A stretch of 64,000 bases of DNA from Sumerlaeia bacterium. GTDB taxonomy: Bacteria; Sumerlaeota; Sumerlaeia; SLMS01; JAHLLQ01. The notes under the pieces were generated by a model that was not told the origin of the DNA, made no database searches, and saw only the letters and a program-made list of their open reading frames with translations. Positions 34,555-44,819 of this stretch are shown here, one piece after another (positions within the stretch are counted from its first letter, which is position 1; each line of letters starts with the position of its first letter). Position numbers and translations under genes: made by a program. The stretch spans positions 1-64,000 of the forward strand of contig JAVJSW010000049.1 of NCBI GenBank assembly GCA_040219255.1, read 5' to 3'.

Positions 34555-35867
34555 GTGCGTTCTCCAAAAGGTGTATAGATTTCCGCATGAGCGGGAGGGA
34601 TCAAGGTTGAGGTGGCTTGAGGGGCGTCGCCCTCAGCGGTGGAAGAGGAAGCCTCCTCGCCGCCAGTTAGCGCGAAGGCGATGAGGCCTCCGGCAAGGAT
34701 GGCGATGAAGAGGTAGGTGACGTAGTCCTGGAAGCTGCGACCGCTTCCCCCATGATCATGGTGATGGGCGTGCTCCCCTTTCTGCATCCGTCGGCGGAGC
34801 CAGATCATGACTCCCGCCAGAATGAGCGCGGCGAGGTTGAGGAAGAAGGTGTAGTCGATCGCGAATTGAGCGACGTCTTCTACCTTCTTGGCGCTTTCGG
34901 GTGTGAGGCCGGTGAAGTAGAAGCCATAGTGCAGAATCAATGCGGTAGAGACGATGCTGACGTACATGATCCCGGCAATGTAGAGGGCTACTCGCCAGCC
35001 GTAGTACTTCGCGTTCACCTTCACGAGCGGCGGTACCATCAGGTCGCTGTAGATGAATCCCATGATCCCGGCGAAGAGCACGCCGCTGCTGTTGAGCACC
35101 GTGGCGAGAGGGATGTTCCCCATGGAGCCGATAAACGTGGCGGCTGCGACAAACGGGGCGACAGCCGCATTCTGCAAGGCGATGAGGAAGTTGCCGGGGT
35201 TTTCCTGTGCTTGATCGGCCAGAAAGATCGTCTGGAAGAAAGACTCGGGAACGAACGCCGCCACGAAGCCCGCGACCGTGAAGCCGATCAGGATCTCCTG
35301 CCAGACCATTCCCCACTCCATGGTGAAGTTCATCCCGACGCGATTCCATCCCTCTTTGCTGCGGATGCGCTTCTTCCAGTCGAAGTTTTCTTCCTCCTCC
35401 CCTTCTTGCTCGGCCTTCTTGCGACCCGCTTCGAGCCACTTCTTCGGATAGGTCAGCCGGATCAGAGCGGAACTGATAGCGATGAGGATCAGGCCGCCCA
35501 CGATCTCCGCTGCGAGAAACTGCCAACCAAGAAAGATGAAGATGAGGATGCCCAGTTCGATGACAAGGTTGGTCGATGCGAACATAAAGGCCACGGCGGC
35601 GACGAAGTGTGACCCCTTCTGGACGAGAGATCGGGCTGCGGCCAGCGCGGCAAAGGAGCAGGAACTGGAAAGCATACCGAAACCTGTGGCAAGCCCCACA
35701 CTTTTGGGCGAGGCATCGCCCATAGCCTTCGTCAGGCGCATCTTCGGCACAAAGGCCTGGATCATGGCGCTGATGGCGTAGCCGAGAACGAAAGCCCACC
35801 CAGCTTTCCAGAAGAACCCGAAGGCCGTCTTGGCAGCTTCGCCATAGGTTGCGAAGAAGTCAGTCAT
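34551..35867 (-). CDS. Predicted permease (ArsP/DUF318-like)
   Basis: Multi-TM, SSSCSFAA, FMFASTNLVIELG, SMGNIPLA, His-rich loop. Confidence 0.85.
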   Translation of the reverse strand: MTDFFATYGEAAKTAFGFFWKAGWAFVLGYAISAMIQAFVPKMRLTKAMGDASPKSVGLATGFGMLSSSCSFAALAAARSLVQKGSHFVAAVAFMFASTNLVIELGILIFIFLGWQFLAAEIVGGLILIAISSALIRLTYPKKWLEAGRKKAEQEGEEEENFDWKKRIRSKEGWNRVGMNFTMEWGMVWQEILIGFTVAGFVAAFVPESFFQTIFLADQAQENPGNFLIALQNAAVAPFVAAATFIGSMGNIPLATVLNSSGVLFAGIMGFIYSDLMVPPLVKVNAKYYGWRVALYIAGIMYVSIVSTALILHYGFYFTGLTPESAKKVEDVAQFAIDYTFFLNLAALILAGVMIWLRRRMQKGEHAHHHDHGGSGRSFQDYVTYLFIAILAGGLIAFALTGGEEASSSTAEGDAPQATSTLIPPAHAEIYTPFGERT

Positions 35868-38800
35868 GAAGTTTCCTTTCGGAGAGATTGCAGGCCGAGG
35901 CGCAGCTCCTCCATCGCGCTGTAGAGCGTTGGAACCACGAAGGTACTGACCAATACAACAAGCATGCCTCCGAAGACGGGAATCGCCAGCGGCGCCATGA
36001 TTTCGCTGCCTTTACCGGTGGACGTGAAGATCGGCAGCAGCGCCAGGATGGTCGTCGCGCTGGTCATCAGGCAGGGACGAATGCGGCGGCGGCCGGCTTC
36101 GACAATGGCCGAGCGGAGCTGGGCCGCCGTGTTCGTGGGGTTCGCTGCGAGGCTTTCGCGGATGTAGGTGGCCATGATGACGCCATCGTCCGTGGCGATT
36201 CCGAACAGCGCCAGGAAACCCACCCACACGGCGACGTTCAGGTTCACCGGCCCCATGTGAAACACCTCGCGCAGGTTCGCTCCGAAGACCGCGACATCGA
36301 GAAACCAGGGCTGGCCCCATAGCCACAGCAGCAGGAACCCGCCGGACCAAGCCGTGAAGACGTTGCAGAACACCAGCAGCGTCACCGCGGTGGAGCGGAA
36401 CTGAAGATACAACACCAGGAAAATCAGGAGCAGCGCCAGCGGCAACACGAGGGCCAGGGTCTTCGCAGCGCGCACCTGATTCTGATAATTGCCCGCGAAT
36501 TCGTAGGAAACGCCCGGCGGCAACTCTGGGTCGAGGCGCTCGCGCAGCACCGCCCGGGCACTTTCCACAACGTCGGTCTCGGCAAAGCCTTGTCGCTTGT
36601 CGAACAGGACGTACCCGACCAGGAACGTATCCTCGCTCTTGATGGCCTGCGGGCCGCGGACGTATTCGATGCGGGCCAGCTGTTTCAGCGGAATCTGCAC
36701 CGCCTGCCCGCCCATCACCTGGGCGGGAGCCGAAACCAGAATCTCGCCCAGATCGTCGATGGAATCGCGCAGCTCGCGCTGGTACCGCACCCGCACTGGA
36801 TAGCGTTCGCGCCCTTCGACCGTGCGGATCAGGGGCCGACCGCCGATAGCCACTTCGATGACCTGCATCACATCCTCGATGTTGATGCCATATCGGGCGA
36901 TGGCGTCGCGGTCGGGAATGATTTCCAGGTACGGCTTGCCGACGATACGCTCGGCGATGACGGCGGCGGGGCGAACCCCTTCCACGGCGCCGGACTTCAG
37001 GATTTCCTCGATGCGCAGACCGACCTGTTCGATCGTTTCCAGGTCCGGGCCGCGCACCTTGACGCCCATCGGGGCCCTCATGCCGGTCTGGAGCATCACC
37101 AGTCGCGTCGCGATGGGCGCAAGCTTCGGCGCCGCCGTCAGCCCCGGAAACTCGTCCACGGCCTCGGTGATGGCGTCCCAGATGTCATCGGGCGATCCAA
37201 TCTCGGGCCGCCAGTTTCTGTATGGGCGCCCGTCCGGATCGGGAATCAATTCGCCCGCTTCGTCGCGCAGGTATTCCTCGGCTTCCTCATCGTACGCGAA
37301 GTTGATACGCCGCCCGTCTTCGTCCTGGATGAACTCGGGCTTGTACTGGATCACCGTCTCAAACATCGAAATCGGCGCCGGGTCCAGCGGGCTTTCCACG
37401 CGGCCCAGCTTGCCGACGACCGTTTCGACCTCTGGGATCGCCTGGATCGCCATGTCCGTCAGCCGCAGGTACTCCTGTGCTTCGCCGATGCTGCCGTGGG
37501 GCATGATAACCGGCATGTAGAGGAAACTGCCCTCGTCCAGGGTCGGCATGAATTCTCGCCCCAGGCCCGGAAACGCGGCGTCCAGGTCCTGCACGATGGC
37601 GGTTTCCTGCCAGCGCTCGGGCAACCAGCCGAGGACCGTGGGAAAGCCCAGCCACACGCAGAAGCCCAGTACCGTCAGCACCGCTGGAATCGCCAGGAAA
37701 GCGATCTTCCACCGCAGGCACAGCGCCAGAAGCCGCGGGTAGAACCATTGGAAGAGCCAGAAAAACCCGAGCAAGCCGATCACGGCGACGGCGACAAAGA
37801 CCAGGTTCTGAGCCTGGGACCGGAGCGCCCCGAGGGGCTCCCAAGTGCGCGACAACAGCACGATCACGAAAGCCGCCGCGCCGATCACCAGGGCATGGTG
37901 GACAACGCGCCAGCTCCTGCGAAGCCACGCCGGCAGCTTGGGCGCCCGCCAGCGGAACAGCAGATGCGCCAGCGGCGGCAACACCGTCAGCGCGATCACG
38001 ATACTGGCAAAGAGCGCGAAGGTCTTGGTGTAGGCCAAAGGCTTGAAGAGCTTGCCTTCCGCCCCGATCATCGTGAAGACCGGCAGAAAGCTGATAATCG
38101 TCGTCGCCACCGCCGTCAGCACCGCGCCGCCCACTTCGCTTGAAGCCCGGTACAACACCTTGAAACGTGACTCATCCGGGTCCGCCGCGTCCAGGTGCTG
38201 AAGCATATTTTCCGTCAGCACGATCCCCATGTCGACCACCGTGCCGATGGCGATGGCGATGCCGCCGAGCGCCACCACGTTCGCCTGCACCCCGAAGAGC
38301 TTCATCAGGATGAACGTGAACAGCACCGTCAGCGGCAGCATGGCGCTGATGAGGCCGCTGCTCCTCAGGTGGAAAACCATCAGCAACACGACGACGATGG
38401 TGATGATGATCTGATCTCGCAGGGCGCTGCTCAGCGTCCCCAACGTTTCCTCGATCAGGCCCGTGCGGTCGTAGAATGGAACGATCGTCACCTGGCTGAT
38501 GGTGCCGTCTTCCAGGGTCTTGCGCGGCAGGCCTGGCGAAATCTTCGCGATCTGGGCTTTCACGTTGTCGATGACCTGCATCGGATTCGCGCCATAGCGC
38601 GCCACCACCACCCCGCCGACCGCCTCCGCTCCGCCTTTGTCCAGGGCCCCCCGCCTCAGCGCCGGACCCATTCCGATGGTGGCGATCTGGTCCAGAGTGA
38701 TCGGTACACCGTCGCGGCTGGTAATCACCGCCGAGCGCAGATCATCCGCTTCTTCGACAAAGCCCCGCCCGCGGATCACGTACTCCACGCCGTTGTTTTC

Positions 38801-39520
38801 CAGGGTGCGGGCGCCCACATCGCGGTTGCTGCGCTGCACCGCACTGACCACCTGCGGCAAGGTCACGCCGTAGCTGCGCATCGCCTCGGGATCGATATCG
38901 ATCTGGTACTCGCGTACAAAGCCGCCGATGCTGGCGACCTCCGCCACGCCTTCCGACCCTTGCAAGGCATAGCGCACGTACCAGTCCTGCACGCTGCGCA
39001 ATTCCTGCGGGTCCCAGCCCCCAGCCGGTTCGCCCTCCGGCGTGCGGCCCTCCAGCGTGTACCAGAAAATCTGACCCATGCCCGTCGCGTCCGGCCCCAG
39101 CACCGGCGTCGCGTCGGGCGGCAGGGTGCCGCTCGGCAGACTGTTGAGTTTCTCCAGAATGCGCGACCGCGACCAATAGAACTCCACATCCTCGTCGAAA
39201 ATCACGTAGATCGACGAGAACCCGAACATCGAATTCGAGCGCACGTCCTTGACCCCTGGCAGTCCCAGCAGCGCCGTGGTCAGCGGGTAAGTGACCTGAT
39301 CCTCGACATCCTGGGGCGAACGGCCAGGCCATTCGGTAAAGACAATCTGCTGGTTTTCTCCCAGATCGGGAATCGCATCCACTGGGACGGGGTCGCGCGG
39401 CAGCGCATCCGGAACGATCGCGAAGGGCGACACGATCAGGCCCCACACCACCAGCGACGCCGCGATAAGGAAGACGACGAGTTTTTGCTCCATACAGAAC
39501 TTGATGAGGCGATCAGTCAT
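35864..39520 (-). CDS. cusA: CusA/CzcA family heavy-metal RND efflux transporter
   Basis: PVDAIPDLGENQQIVFTEWPGRSPQDVEDQVTYPLT, GPDATG.G, FMPTLDEG, RIRPCLMT. Confidence 0.95.
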   Translation of the reverse strand: MTDRLIKFCMEQKLVVFLIAASLVVWGLIVSPFAIVPDALPRDPVPVDAIPDLGENQQIVFTEWPGRSPQDVEDQVTYPLTTALLGLPGVKDVRSNSMFGFSSIYVIFDEDVEFYWSRSRILEKLNSLPSGTLPPDATPVLGPDATGMGQIFWYTLEGRTPEGEPAGGWDPQELRSVQDWYVRYALQGSEGVAEVASIGGFVREYQIDIDPEAMRSYGVTLPQVVSAVQRSNRDVGARTLENNGVEYVIRGRGFVEEADDLRSAVITSRDGVPITLDQIATIGMGPALRRGALDKGGAEAVGGVVVARYGANPMQVIDNVKAQIAKISPGLPRKTLEDGTISQVTIVPFYDRTGLIEETLGTLSSALRDQIIITIVVVLLMVFHLRSSGLISAMLPLTVLFTFILMKLFGVQANVVALGGIAIAIGTVVDMGIVLTENMLQHLDAADPDESRFKVLYRASSEVGGAVLTAVATTIISFLPVFTMIGAEGKLFKPLAYTKTFALFASIVIALTVLPPLAHLLFRWRAPKLPAWLRRSWRVVHHALVIGAAAFVIVLLSRTWEPLGALRSQAQNLVFVAVAVIGLLGFFWLFQWFYPRLLALCLRWKIAFLAIPAVLTVLGFCVWLGFPTVLGWLPERWQETAIVQDLDAAFPGLGREFMPTLDEGSFLYMPVIMPHGSIGEAQEYLRLTDMAIQAIPEVETVVGKLGRVESPLDPAPISMFETVIQYKPEFIQDEDGRRINFAYDEEAEEYLRDEAGELIPDPDGRPYRNWRPEIGSPDDIWDAITEAVDEFPGLTAAPKLAPIATRLVMLQTGMRAPMGVKVRGPDLETIEQVGLRIEEILKSGAVEGVRPAAVIAERIVGKPYLEIIPDRDAIARYGINIEDVMQVIEVAIGGRPLIRTVEGRERYPVRVRYQRELRDSIDDLGEILVSAPAQVMGGQAVQIPLKQLARIEYVRGPQAIKSEDTFLVGYVLFDKRQGFAETDVVESARAVLRERLDPELPPGVSYEFAGNYQNQVRAAKTLALVLPLALLLIFLVLYLQFRSTAVTLLVFCNVFTAWSGGFLLLWLWGQPWFLDVAVFGANLREVFHMGPVNLNVAVWVGFLALFGIATDDGVIMATYIRESLAANPTNTAAQLRSAIVEAGRRRIRPCLMTSATTILALLPIFTSTGKGSEIMAPLAIPVFGGMLVVLVSTFVVPTLYSAMEELRLGLQSLRKETS

Positions 39521-41543
39521 GCGCGGCCCACTCCTGCATGATCTGGCCGCACGTCAGCATCTCATCGCCAAAGTACGGGTTGAAAACGTCCTCCTCCGAT
39601 TGCAACCAATCCGCCCCCTTCCAATCGAACGCCATCGGGCAGTTGGTCAGTTGCAGCGTCACATCCAGCGGATTGCCCTGCTCCTGGACCACCGGAATCA
39701 GGAGCAGCGAGAGCGTCTCGAAATGGGGCCGTTGCTTGTCCAGCGACTCTTCCTTGGCGCCGGCTTCGGCGGGGTCGCGGAGGGCGGCGATACCCTGATC
39801 CCGCGCCACTTGCGCAAAGGCCTGAAACGCCTCGCGGGCTCCCTCCGGGTCGTCGTTCGCCAAGGCCCTCTGCACCGTCAGGTAGGCCCGCAGAACGGCG
39901 GCCAGATCGTCTTCGTCCTCGAAAACGAGCGCTGCGGCGGGTGCGGTTTCTTCCTCGGCCATGGGCATCGCCTGGCCGTGATCGTGTCCCGCCATGACCA
40001 TCCCTCCAGCCGGGTTCATCATGCTCGGCTTCGCGACGATCTGCAGCGCCGAGTCGATCTGGAAGGCTCCGTTCGTCACCACCCGCTGTCCCTCCGCCAG
40101 CCCTTCTTTCACGACGTAGCCATCCTGTGTGCGCGGCCCCAGGACGACTTCGACGCCCTGGTACGTCGGCCGTTCCGCATCCGGCACCTCGAGGTACACC
40201 ACCGCCCGTTCGCCCGTGATGAGGGGCGCGCTCGCCGGAATCAGCAGCTCCGGCTCTTCGCCCAGCGTGCTCTCGACCCGCGCCGTCAGGTACATCCCGG
40301 GCCGCAGCCTGGCGCCTTCGTTTTCGACATCGAGCCGCACCCGTGTCGTGCGCGTCCGGGCGTCCGTCACCGGATCGATCCAGGCCACTTCGCCGTTAAA
40401 CGTCTCGCCGGGAAAGGCTTTCGTCGTGAACGTCACCGGCTGCCCAACCCGCAGCCACGGCAGATCGCTCTCGTAGGCCGCCAGTTCCGCCCACAGCCTC
40501 TCCAGGCTCGCGATCGTCAGGAGGCGCTCGCCCTTGCCCACATACTGGCCTTCCTGGGCGTGGCGCTCGATCACCGTGCCTCCGATCGGGGCTGTGAGCG
40601 TCACCCGCTCCCGTGCCTCGCCGGACGCCGCGATGGCATCGATTTGCCCGGCCGAGAGCCCCGCCAGCCTCAACCGCTCCCGCGCCGCCTCCACGGCACT
40701 TTCGCTCGCTCGCCGCACCGTTTCCAGGGTCCCCCCCGGCAACCGGTCCACCGCCGCCTTCGCCTGCAAGAACTCCCGCTGCACCGCCAGCAACTCCGGG
40801 CTGTAAAGCAGCACCAACTCCTCGCCCTGCTGCACCACGTCGCCTTCGTAATCCGCCGCCAGCTCATCGATCCGCCCACCGGCGTCCGCGCTGATGTGGG
40901 CCAAGCGGTCTTCGCTCACCGCCAATTCACCCACCAGACGGATGGTCTTGCGCGGCACATAGCGGACCACCGGGGATGTCTGAATCGAGGCCAGCGCCCG
41001 CGCCTCGCGCGACATCGACAGCCGACGCGCCGGATCGCCTTCCGCCATCGAATCGGCCCCGCCCATGTCCTCGAAAACCGGCTGCATTTCCATCCCGCAA
41101 ATCGGGCAATCCCCCTCCTCCTCCAGCGGCGGCACACAATTCATCGCGCACGCATAGCCCAGCAACTCCGGCTCAGGTATAGCGGCGTGGCCAGCGTGAT
41201 CGCCCGCGGCCGGTGGAAGCTCGCCCTCGACCTCCACCGCTACCAGATCCATCCCGCAAATCGGACAATCGCCCGGTTCATCCTGCTGAATCTGAGGATG
41301 CATCGAGCAGGTATAGAAAACCCCGTCACCATCCAGGTCGGCCGGATGGGCCGTCGCGGGCCGGGAAGCTGGCCGCGACGCGGGCGAACTCGCCGCTCCG
41401 GCCCGAGCTTCCCCAGCAGGGGCGCTGCGCGAACCGGCCCCCAGGTTGTAGGCCACGAGAGCCGTCAGAAAGAATCCCGCCACCACGGCCAGTTGCACGG
41501 CCCCCGACGCGAGTTTCTTCAAAAGGGACAGAAGGGATTTCAT
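39513..41543 (-). CDS. cusB: CusB-like RND membrane fusion protein with heavy-metal-binding domains
   Basis: YTCSMHPQI...CPICGMDL and a second CPICGM; LYSPEL, LRPGMY; C-terminal CPMAF...NPYFG.EMLTCG. Confidence 0.92.
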   Translation of the reverse strand: MKSLLSLLKKLASGAVQLAVVAGFFLTALVAYNLGAGSRSAPAGEARAGAASSPASRPASRPATAHPADLDGDGVFYTCSMHPQIQQDEPGDCPICGMDLVAVEVEGELPPAAGDHAGHAAIPEPELLGYACAMNCVPPLEEEGDCPICGMEMQPVFEDMGGADSMAEGDPARRLSMSREARALASIQTSPVVRYVPRKTIRLVGELAVSEDRLAHISADAGGRIDELAADYEGDVVQQGEELVLLYSPELLAVQREFLQAKAAVDRLPGGTLETVRRASESAVEAARERLRLAGLSAGQIDAIAASGEARERVTLTAPIGGTVIERHAQEGQYVGKGERLLTIASLERLWAELAAYESDLPWLRVGQPVTFTTKAFPGETFNGEVAWIDPVTDARTRTTRVRLDVENEGARLRPGMYLTARVESTLGEEPELLIPASAPLITGERAVVYLEVPDAERPTYQGVEVVLGPRTQDGYVVKEGLAEGQRVVTNGAFQIDSALQIVAKPSMMNPAGGMVMAGHDHGQAMPMAEEETAPAAALVFEDEDDLAAVLRAYLTVQRALANDDPEGAREAFQAFAQVARDQGIAALRDPAEAGAKEESLDKQRPHFETLSLLLIPVVQEQGNPLDVTLQLTNCPMAFDWKGADWLQSEEDVFNPYFGDEMLTCGQIMQEWAAHD

Positions 41544-42934
41544 CGTAGCTCCTCCTTCGCGAGGGAGCCGCCGACCGCTCGTTCGAGGTCGGCGAGGGTC
41601 AAGAGGGTGTCGAGACGGGTGCGAAGCAGATCGCGCCGCACGGCGATCAGGGTCCGCTGCGCGTTCAGTAAGTCGAGGAACGTGGCCTGGCCTGAGGTAT
41701 ATGCCGCCTCGTTCGTGGCGTAGGCTTCCTGCACGAGAGGCAGCAGGCTGCCCCTCAGCACGTCGCGTTGCCGAGCCAGCGTTTCCAGGCGCGGCAGCAG
41801 AGTGCGCACCTCTTCCTCGATCTCCGACTCCGCGGCGATGCGCCGCCATTCGGCCGCTTCCCGCTGGCGCAGAGCCTGATCCTTCGCCGCCCGGCGCCGC
41901 GCGTTCGGGATCGGGATGTTCAGCCCCAGCGAAACGCCCCAAGCGTCGTCGCCTTCGTCGGGCGGCGCCATCGCCCCCATCGGATTGTCGGGCCGGTCCC
42001 CCACGCCGATATAATTCAACCCCACTGTAAAGTCCGGATAGTCGTCCTTGAGCGCCAGTTCGTGACGCAGTTCCGCCTGCTCTTCAGCGAGGCGGAAGCG
42101 CTCGATTTCGGGCCGCAGGGCGACCGCTTCGGCGATCAGAACCTCCGCCTCCGCCACGGCCATCACGGCCGCCTCCGCCTCATCCAGCGCCGGCACCCCG
42201 CCCAAATCCTCGACAAAGAGCAGCCGGGCCAGTTCCTGCCTCAACGCAGCGATCCGCGCCGGATAGCCGGTCAGTTCGTTCTCGATGCGCGCCAGTTCGG
42301 TCTGCGACTGAAGCAACGCCCCCCGTCCCCGCTGACCCGCCCCATAGAGTGCCGCCGCCGCCTCGAGCGTCTGCTCGATGGCCCGCTTGTCTTCCTCCGC
42401 CAGCGCCAGCGCCGCCTGCTCGTGTGCCAGCCGGTACCACGCCCGCCGCACCTGAGCCCGCACATCCAGCATCCGCGCCCGGTAGCTTTCGAGCGCCTGC
42501 ATCGCGTCGCTGCGCGCCACATCGCCCTGCAGCCGCAACTTGCCAAACCACGGGAACATCTGGCTGACGCCTGCAACGAACTGCTGCTCGCCCACCCGGG
42601 TCTGCACGCCGTCGACGAACTGGGTATAGGTCACTCTCGGGTCCATCAGCGACGACGCCTGCGGCACCTCCAGCGCCGCCGCCTCGAACGCCGCGAAGTC
42701 CGCCCGCAGGCTCGGATTGCTCAGCAGCGCCGTCTCGATGGCGGCCTCCAGCGTCAGCGTACCCGTCGTCGGAGACAGCCGCGCCGCCGCGGCGCCGCCG
42801 TCCCGCGGCACGGTCTTTTTTGCCACCGGGGGACGAAGTGCCGTCCGTTCTGGAATCGCGGGGGGCTGCTGGGCCGCACAGGCCACCAGCCCCGAAGTCA
42901 GCCCACACAGGGCCAGGAGTTGAAAAAACTTCAT
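41540..42934 (-). CDS. TolC-family outer membrane efflux lipoprotein
   Basis: Lipobox LVAC; NPSL, SQMFPWFGKL, AYTSGQATFLDLLNAQ, LERAVG. Confidence 0.92.
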   Translation of the reverse strand: MKFFQLLALCGLTSGLVACAAQQPPAIPERTALRPPVAKKTVPRDGGAAAARLSPTTGTLTLEAAIETALLSNPSLRADFAAFEAAALEVPQASSLMDPRVTYTQFVDGVQTRVGEQQFVAGVSQMFPWFGKLRLQGDVARSDAMQALESYRARMLDVRAQVRRAWYRLAHEQAALALAEEDKRAIEQTLEAAAALYGAGQRGRGALLQSQTELARIENELTGYPARIAALRQELARLLFVEDLGGVPALDEAEAAVMAVAEAEVLIAEAVALRPEIERFRLAEEQAELRHELALKDDYPDFTVGLNYIGVGDRPDNPMGAMAPPDEGDDAWGVSLGLNIPIPNARRRAAKDQALRQREAAEWRRIAAESEIEEEVRTLLPRLETLARQRDVLRGSLLPLVQEAYATNEAAYTSGQATFLDLLNAQRTLIAVRRDLLRTRLDTLLTLADLERAVGGSLAKEELR

Positions 42935-43048
42935 ACGGAAATCCCGATCGTTCGAGCGAGGACCGACGCCGCCCTGCAAGGACGGGCGAGGCCGGTGACA
43001 AAGCCACCTTCGCTGGCCGGGACACAACGGTCCCAGCCCCGATCGGGA

Positions 43049-43540
43049 TCAGATGAGGTAAACGGAATTCAAAGCGTGGGTCGCCCGCCCGGGGCAAGGG
43101 CTGCCGCGCGCCGGTTGACAACGGGGCTTCTCGGCCAGCTCCGCCCTTGGCAACACCACCGCAACCCCCGGCACCGGAGCCAGAGTCTGCGCCTCGAATG
43201 CGACGCAACCCGCCATGGTGGGCACCGCACCGGCCGGCAGATCGTCCGCCGCGCCGATTTCCACCGGACAGGGGCAGCCATCGTCTTTTTCGTTGGTCCC
43301 ACCGGACCCGTGAGGCGAACCGGGCGTGTCATCCTGACGCTCGGGGGAACAGCATCCGTGACTCTCCATCGCCGGCGCTTCGCTGGCAACCTTCGCGCCG
43401 CCGCCATCCCCGTGCAGACACGCGATCCCACAGGGACAGTACGGGACACCGCCTGCCACCACAGCGCAGAGAAATATGAAACTGGCCAAGGAGGTCAGAA
43501 GACGCTGGGGGGAAAATGGCGGTCGGCGGTCCAACTTCAT
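43049..43540 (-). CDS. Cys-rich leader protein of the efflux operon (DUF2946-like)
   Basis: N-terminal TM helix; CPC, CC and CPC clusters; C-terminal RGSP...LNSVYLI. Confidence 0.65.
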   Translation of the reverse strand: MKLDRRPPFSPQRLLTSLASFIFLCAVVAGGVPYCPCGIACLHGDGGGAKVASEAPAMESHGCCSPERQDDTPGSPHGSGGTNEKDDGCPCPVEIGAADDLPAGAVPTMAGCVAFEAQTLAPVPGVAVVLPRAELAEKPRCQPARGSPCPGRATHALNSVYLI

Positions 43541-43650
43541 AGCCCCCATGCTACAGCAAAGGGCGGGCCGGTCAAGGCGAGCCACCGCGCCAAAGTGCCT
43601 GCGCGGCGCTTCCTGCCCTGCGACTCCAGCCTCCGAAGAACAGACCGCTG

Positions 43651-44733
43651 CTAATCCTCACCCGGCTTTTTCAGACCGGGGATGGGCCACTCGCGGGGGG
43701 GCCAGTTGTGGCGCCGCTCCTTCTTCGAACGCCGGTCGCCGCCGTAGCGCCGGTTCTGATAGACTACGTCGACCTGCTGGCGGCGGTCCGTACCCGATCG
43801 CCGGTCGGCGCCGGAGCGCCGTTCCGTGACACCGTCCCATGAGCCGTCGGGCAAGGTGCCGGGCGGCAACTTCTTGTCCGCCGGAGTCGCCATGGGTGCG
43901 GGCTGGGGCGTCGCGGAGGGAGCGGGTTCGTTCCTGGCGGCGGGTTCGGCGGGGGGCGGAGATTTAGGGGCGGGCTGGGGCGTGGCTTCCAGGACGGCGT
44001 CGGAGGGCCGGAGCACCGGTTGGGGGGTGGGGGCGCGCAACTCGCGGGGCGGAGAAGTGGGAGCGCCCGCCGCCGAGCCGGTCGAGGTGTCGCGATTGCC
44101 CGGACTGTCCAGGCGGCGCAACTTGGCCACGCTGTCGCGAATCGAGACCCGCTCCATGGTTTTCATCCGACTCGGGGTTTCCTCCATGGCCTCGGGCCGC
44201 GTTTGCGCCAAGTCGTTCTCCAGGACTCGGCGGTCCACCAGTTCGGTCTTGTCGTCGTGCTGCAGGAAGGCCTGCTGCTCGCCCGGATGATCCGCCGGCG
44301 GTTGCTGGGCCCGGCCGGTGCTGTGCGACGGTGTCTTGTCGAAGCCGGTGGAACTGCGGCCGCTACGCGATTGCTCGGCGCGGGACTTGGCCAGCCGCAT
44401 GTATTCGCGGACGGTCGAGCGAGGCGCGGTCTTGTGGTTCTGGGCCTCGGCCGAATCCAGGGGCAGCAGCCCTCGCGGGCCTTCCTCCGCCGCCGAACCA
44501 CCAAGCTGGCGCAGGAACGCCGCCGAACCCTGGCGCTTCAGATAGTGGTAGATGGCCTCGTACTGCTGGGCGCTGTCTCCCGGATCGGAGAGGGAAAGCT
44601 TGCCCAGCAAACGCCCCATGCCACCTGGCTTGAGGAGTTGGGCGTAGATTTCCTCGGCCGTCTCGGGGCCGAATTCGCGGAAGTAATTGTGGATGGCCTG
44701 GCGAAGCTGCTCGGCCCGCTTTAAAGATGACAT
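43651..44733 (-). CDS. Hypothetical protein, disordered middle, C-terminal (D/E)RR repeats
   Basis: From MSSLKRAEQL; WDGVTERRSGADRRSGTDRR...YGGDRR..KERR. Confidence 0.75.
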   Translation of the reverse strand: MSSLKRAEQLRQAIHNYFREFGPETAEEIYAQLLKPGGMGRLLGKLSLSDPGDSAQQYEAIYHYLKRQGSAAFLRQLGGSAAEEGPRGLLPLDSAEAQNHKTAPRSTVREYMRLAKSRAEQSRSGRSSTGFDKTPSHSTGRAQQPPADHPGEQQAFLQHDDKTELVDRRVLENDLAQTRPEAMEETPSRMKTMERVSIRDSVAKLRRLDSPGNRDTSTGSAAGAPTSPPRELRAPTPQPVLRPSDAVLEATPQPAPKSPPPAEPAARNEPAPSATPQPAPMATPADKKLPPGTLPDGSWDGVTERRSGADRRSGTDRRQQVDVVYQNRRYGGDRRSKKERRHNWPPREWPIPGLKKPGED

Positions 44734-44819
44734 TTTACTATCCACCCAAACTCTAGGCTCGATTGGCCGAGCCTTGCTGTCAATTCGGGATTTGATTCTC
44801 CAGTCCCGCAATGTGCGGC

